A DNA stretch of 64,000 nt, taken from Eledone cirrhosa. Lineage: Eukaryota. The notes under the pieces were generated by a model. That model ran no database searches. It worked only from the letters and a program-made list of their open reading frames with translations, and was not told the origin of the DNA. Position numbers and translations under genes: made by a program. The stretch lies in contig OZ024747.1 in the NCBI GenBank assembly GCA_964016885.1, positions 92,752,001-92,816,000 of the forward strand, read 5' to 3'. Positions within the stretch are counted from its first letter, which is position 1, and each line of letters starts with the position of its first letter. Shown piece after piece: positions 61,801 through 64,000 of the stretch.

Positions 61801-62306
61801 ACAACTTCCAGAAATCTCTGGCCTGGCAGTGCTACCGAGGAGCCTTGCCAGTTCGGGATAAACTCTACAGGCATGGAGGTGCCGTCAGCCGGGCATGTCC
61901 GAGATGCGCGCAGGGCGACGAAACCGTCCTGCACACACTCGTCCAGTGTCCGAAAATTGCTGACTTGTGGGTTTATGTCGAACACCTGCTGTCGCGTTTA
62001 GGACGGATCCGGCTATCATCTGAGTCCATCGTGAGGATTGCCGCGCCCTCCTCCTTTAGCCGGGAAGGGCAGGCAGTTTTTATCTGCCTGGTGGCGAAAG
62101 AGATAGTATGGTGGACACGTTTGAAAGGGCTGAAGACGAGCACTTACCTCTTCGGTGATGCTCTGATTGACTTTTTCAAATTTCATTTGAAAAGGAAAAT
62201 CAGAGTAGAGAGGGAAGTGCTCTCTTCCCAGCATTTTGTTGAAAGATGGGTGAGAGAAGCAAGAATGGCCCGAGTGAATGGGCCTACTCTGAGCATATAT
62301 CTGTAA
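58893..62306 (+). CDS. LINE ORF2: AP endonuclease, reverse transcriptase, C-terminal CCHC
   Basis: SINARG, SET, VYAP, GDWN, SYLDR, TDHK; GYWKLN; KSPGLDG; LDQSKAFDRV, VRQGCPLS, AYADD; CPRC..ETVLHTLVQC. Confidence 0.96.
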   Translation: MTSLRIGSINARGLGSSWKQGHLLNDLRSLNIDVMAISETRISEARAFAPIFGGYDVYASPSRPGSGGGVAVLFRRGLDLAIRAIFLDPEGKLVVLDVTSGDGQAFRLVAVYAPTGAGRPDFFRRLETFLGTSRSLVLVGDWNGILDARWDCVGLADRGGGCKSLTNLLRRFELSDRYRLDFPNVPMWTWTNRIGSSRSYLDRVFCREIDRSSIGCPQFKIVSYTDHKFVICVLDLDRLHRRGPGYWKLNASLPARKAYRDQISELVKRALTGAIVNNKWWFALKRAIRIESIRFSKALAIEKNRAEGELVRKLDEALSKGIATDVLAAKLALDQFFNAKHEGCVVRARVRALRHEGTKAVQWARVAEARRGNKATIRSLVDHDGRMLLDPGQMCEAFQRHFAQLFGGSGGPGRGMDFSVYLDGLPRLSATEAKCCEKPITAAEVREAMTGCTRGKSPGLDGLPYELYVQMPDLFGGLLADVYCNWQQNGRIPSSVSRGAVALLRKDPNKGDNIDNFQPITLLNTEFKILAKVLAKRLALVVGGLVGEAQTCAIPDRSIHDNLHLMRYIIERVAKEPGTGGSLINLDQSKAFDRVDHRYLAAVLRAAGFGPVFRGWIAAMHSDICSVVRVNGHLSEPFNIMRSVRQGCPLSSLLYVLTLEPLLHKLETLRGVPRELGCGRSVSAYADDVTVVVSNAKHIEAIGTTLREYEAVTGAMINQEKSVGLQLGTWRGRSMPSNSVVGRWTDGPVKLLGVWFGPDFQTDKNWDEVTSRVASLTQKWAERKLSLKGRAEVANAYIASVICYRLTVVPCPKPRLTALERLLFRFLWKGRAPMVRRSICCQHPLRGGLGMPWLMMRRHTLRLRHLHLFLDGDQVWSPFARRVFPQLVSLTELQSWVKRRPRVSAWRLECLQALTALDQSGNVIGGNSTSAFYRGLVEGKSDDVLGETLGVDENQLANLFGRTFGPGPMDNFQKSLAWQCYRGALPVRDKLYRHGGAVSRACPRCAQGDETVLHTLVQCPKIADLWVYVEHLLSRLGRIRLSSESIVRIAAPSSFSREGQAVFICLVAKEIVWWTRLKGLKTSTYLFGDALIDFFKFHLKRKIRVEREVLSSQHFVERWVREARMARVNGPTLSIYL

Positions 62307-62564
62307 ATTAAAGGTGGAAAACTGGGAGAGGGCACTTGCCTTGGTGGTCAGGGTCATTGTGGCTTTTTACTGGGCTCTCCACAAATGTCCCTCCGAAGTC
62401 TCCCCCCTATTGGGGAATTTTTCATTGCTATTTTCATTGTTATTTTTGTTACATCCTCTGTTTTTGTTTTTTTACACGCAGAAATGCCCATTTGTACCGT
62501 CCTGCATTGTCCTGCACTGTCCTTAATGTCTACTTCATGTAAACCCTTGTGGTTAATAAAGAAA

Positions 62565-62619
<55 letters not shown>

Positions 62620-64000
62620 TCTTGGTAAAGCAGAGTAACTACTGATGTAAAATGTCTAGCTTTTTAATTAAGGCTTTGAGGAAAATGTTGTGGATTAGTT
62701 AACAGCATGTAACTAATTCCTCCATAAATGAAGTTGTTAGGTTAGAAGATGTATATATTTTTAAGTATTTGTCTTTTATTATGAAGTTGAAAGTTAATTA
62801 TTTCCCTAAACCTATCATAATTCTTGATTATTTTGGTAATTAAAATACAAAAGTAGCAAATTCTAGTTACAATTATGGTCACAAAACAGTTAATGTTAGA
62901 GCAGGAATTCAGTTGAACAAATTATTATTCTAATAAAAATGACCTTTCCCATTTATTAAGGTATGGGAGAATACACATGAAAGAGAAAAAGAAATTCTGT
63001 ATAAAGTATTGTTTATGGTGCATCATAGTGTGAGATGTGAGTAAATATGAAAGTTGGTGCCATAAAACTTAATGAAACTCTCACATTAAAAGAGATTATA
63101 CTTGACTTTTAATTTTTCAAGTAAATAATCAATACTTAAATATCATATTGAATAAATTACTTATTTTATCTGCAATCGGTTACAGAACACTGTAAATCTT
63201 TTAGAAAACAAATTGTATAACAACAGAATGCTTGTTCAGTTTTAAATTCTAAATTAACATCATTTTGCCAAAGGAAACTAATCGTCTAAATAAGTTTCTA
63301 TCAGTTCTTCTTTTAATGGTTAATTAAACTAACTTTGAAATACTAATTTTTTATTTCTATAATTTTTCCTTAAATTATTTTACTTTTTAAATTTTTAAGT
63401 AGTAAAAACATAACTTTTATTTCAACAACAAAACATGCAACCATATGTCTCAACACTATTCTATATAAACTTCTAACCATTTTAGCTTAATTAGTATTAT
63501 TCCTATTAATCTTACAGCTACTAACAAATGCATTAGTTAATGAATCTATCAACCAGCTTGACAGCCAAGATCAATGAACTTATTAAATTCATCTTCTGTG
63601 TATGAATATGTATTTGTACTGTATATGTGTTTATTCTTTTTGCACTGCAAGTTGATTGGTACAAGCATCATTCATCTTTCAAGTCAGCATAGAACATTCT
63701 TTCATATTCACACCACCCAACTTATGCCAACTAGCAACGTTTGTAATTTATTTTAACCAAATATATCTATATCCCCTTAGCCTTATACTAAAATTGGTGA
63801 AAACTAAATAAATAACATTACCAATTTCCATAAGCTACTAGTAGTTTAAGGATTAAGGGAACTATGAAGTAATAATAATAAAATCATGATTAATGAGTTG
63901 CTTAAATATATCCTTTGAAGTAGATGATCAGAGATCAACTGAAAATGCATTCCTACTATCTTGGGACATAAGAAGAGACACCTTGTTATCATATCCGATG

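Larger units (their letters stand above)
56614..62617 (+). mobile_element. Near full-length Tx1-like (L1 superclade) LINE
   Basis: 5' UTR, two open ORFs 35 nt apart, 3' UTR with AATAAA, (TTA)n tail. Confidence 0.93.

Noticed and set aside
56866-62357. Antisense and alternate-frame ORFs over the Tx1 element
   Set aside because: Expected shadows of GC-rich coding sequence; no domain signal
62620-64000. AT-rich right end of the window
   Set aside because: No coding, repeat or RNA motif recognised

Overview
AT-rich, repeat-dense eukaryotic DNA, intergenic or deep intronic. The microsatellite load and the SINE/LINE set suggest an octopod cephalopod, but that is inference. No host gene can be supported, and nearly all ORF-track entries are microsatellite or antisense artefacts. 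The real coding sequence is retroelement-derived: a two-ORF Tx1-like LINE with both ORFs open (about 56615-62600) plus relatives, two 5'-truncated Dong/R4-type RLE elements in (TAA)n, a 2.3 kb RTE copy with many 3' fragments, and CRE-like and Penelope-like remnants. Non-autonomous elements include tRNA-derived SINEs, a bipartite RTE derivative, and piggyBac-, hAT- and Tc1/mariner-type MITEs. Most notable: (1) several sequence-unrelated type I hammerhead ribozyme motifs in short, often fold-back modules flanked by (TA)n; (2) a candidate HDV-like ribozyme at the 5' end of the bipartite RTE derivative; (3) a 3' terminus and ATT target preference shared by the main SINE and the Tx1 LINE, suggesting a SINE-Tx1 partnership. 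All alignments and folds were done by eye.
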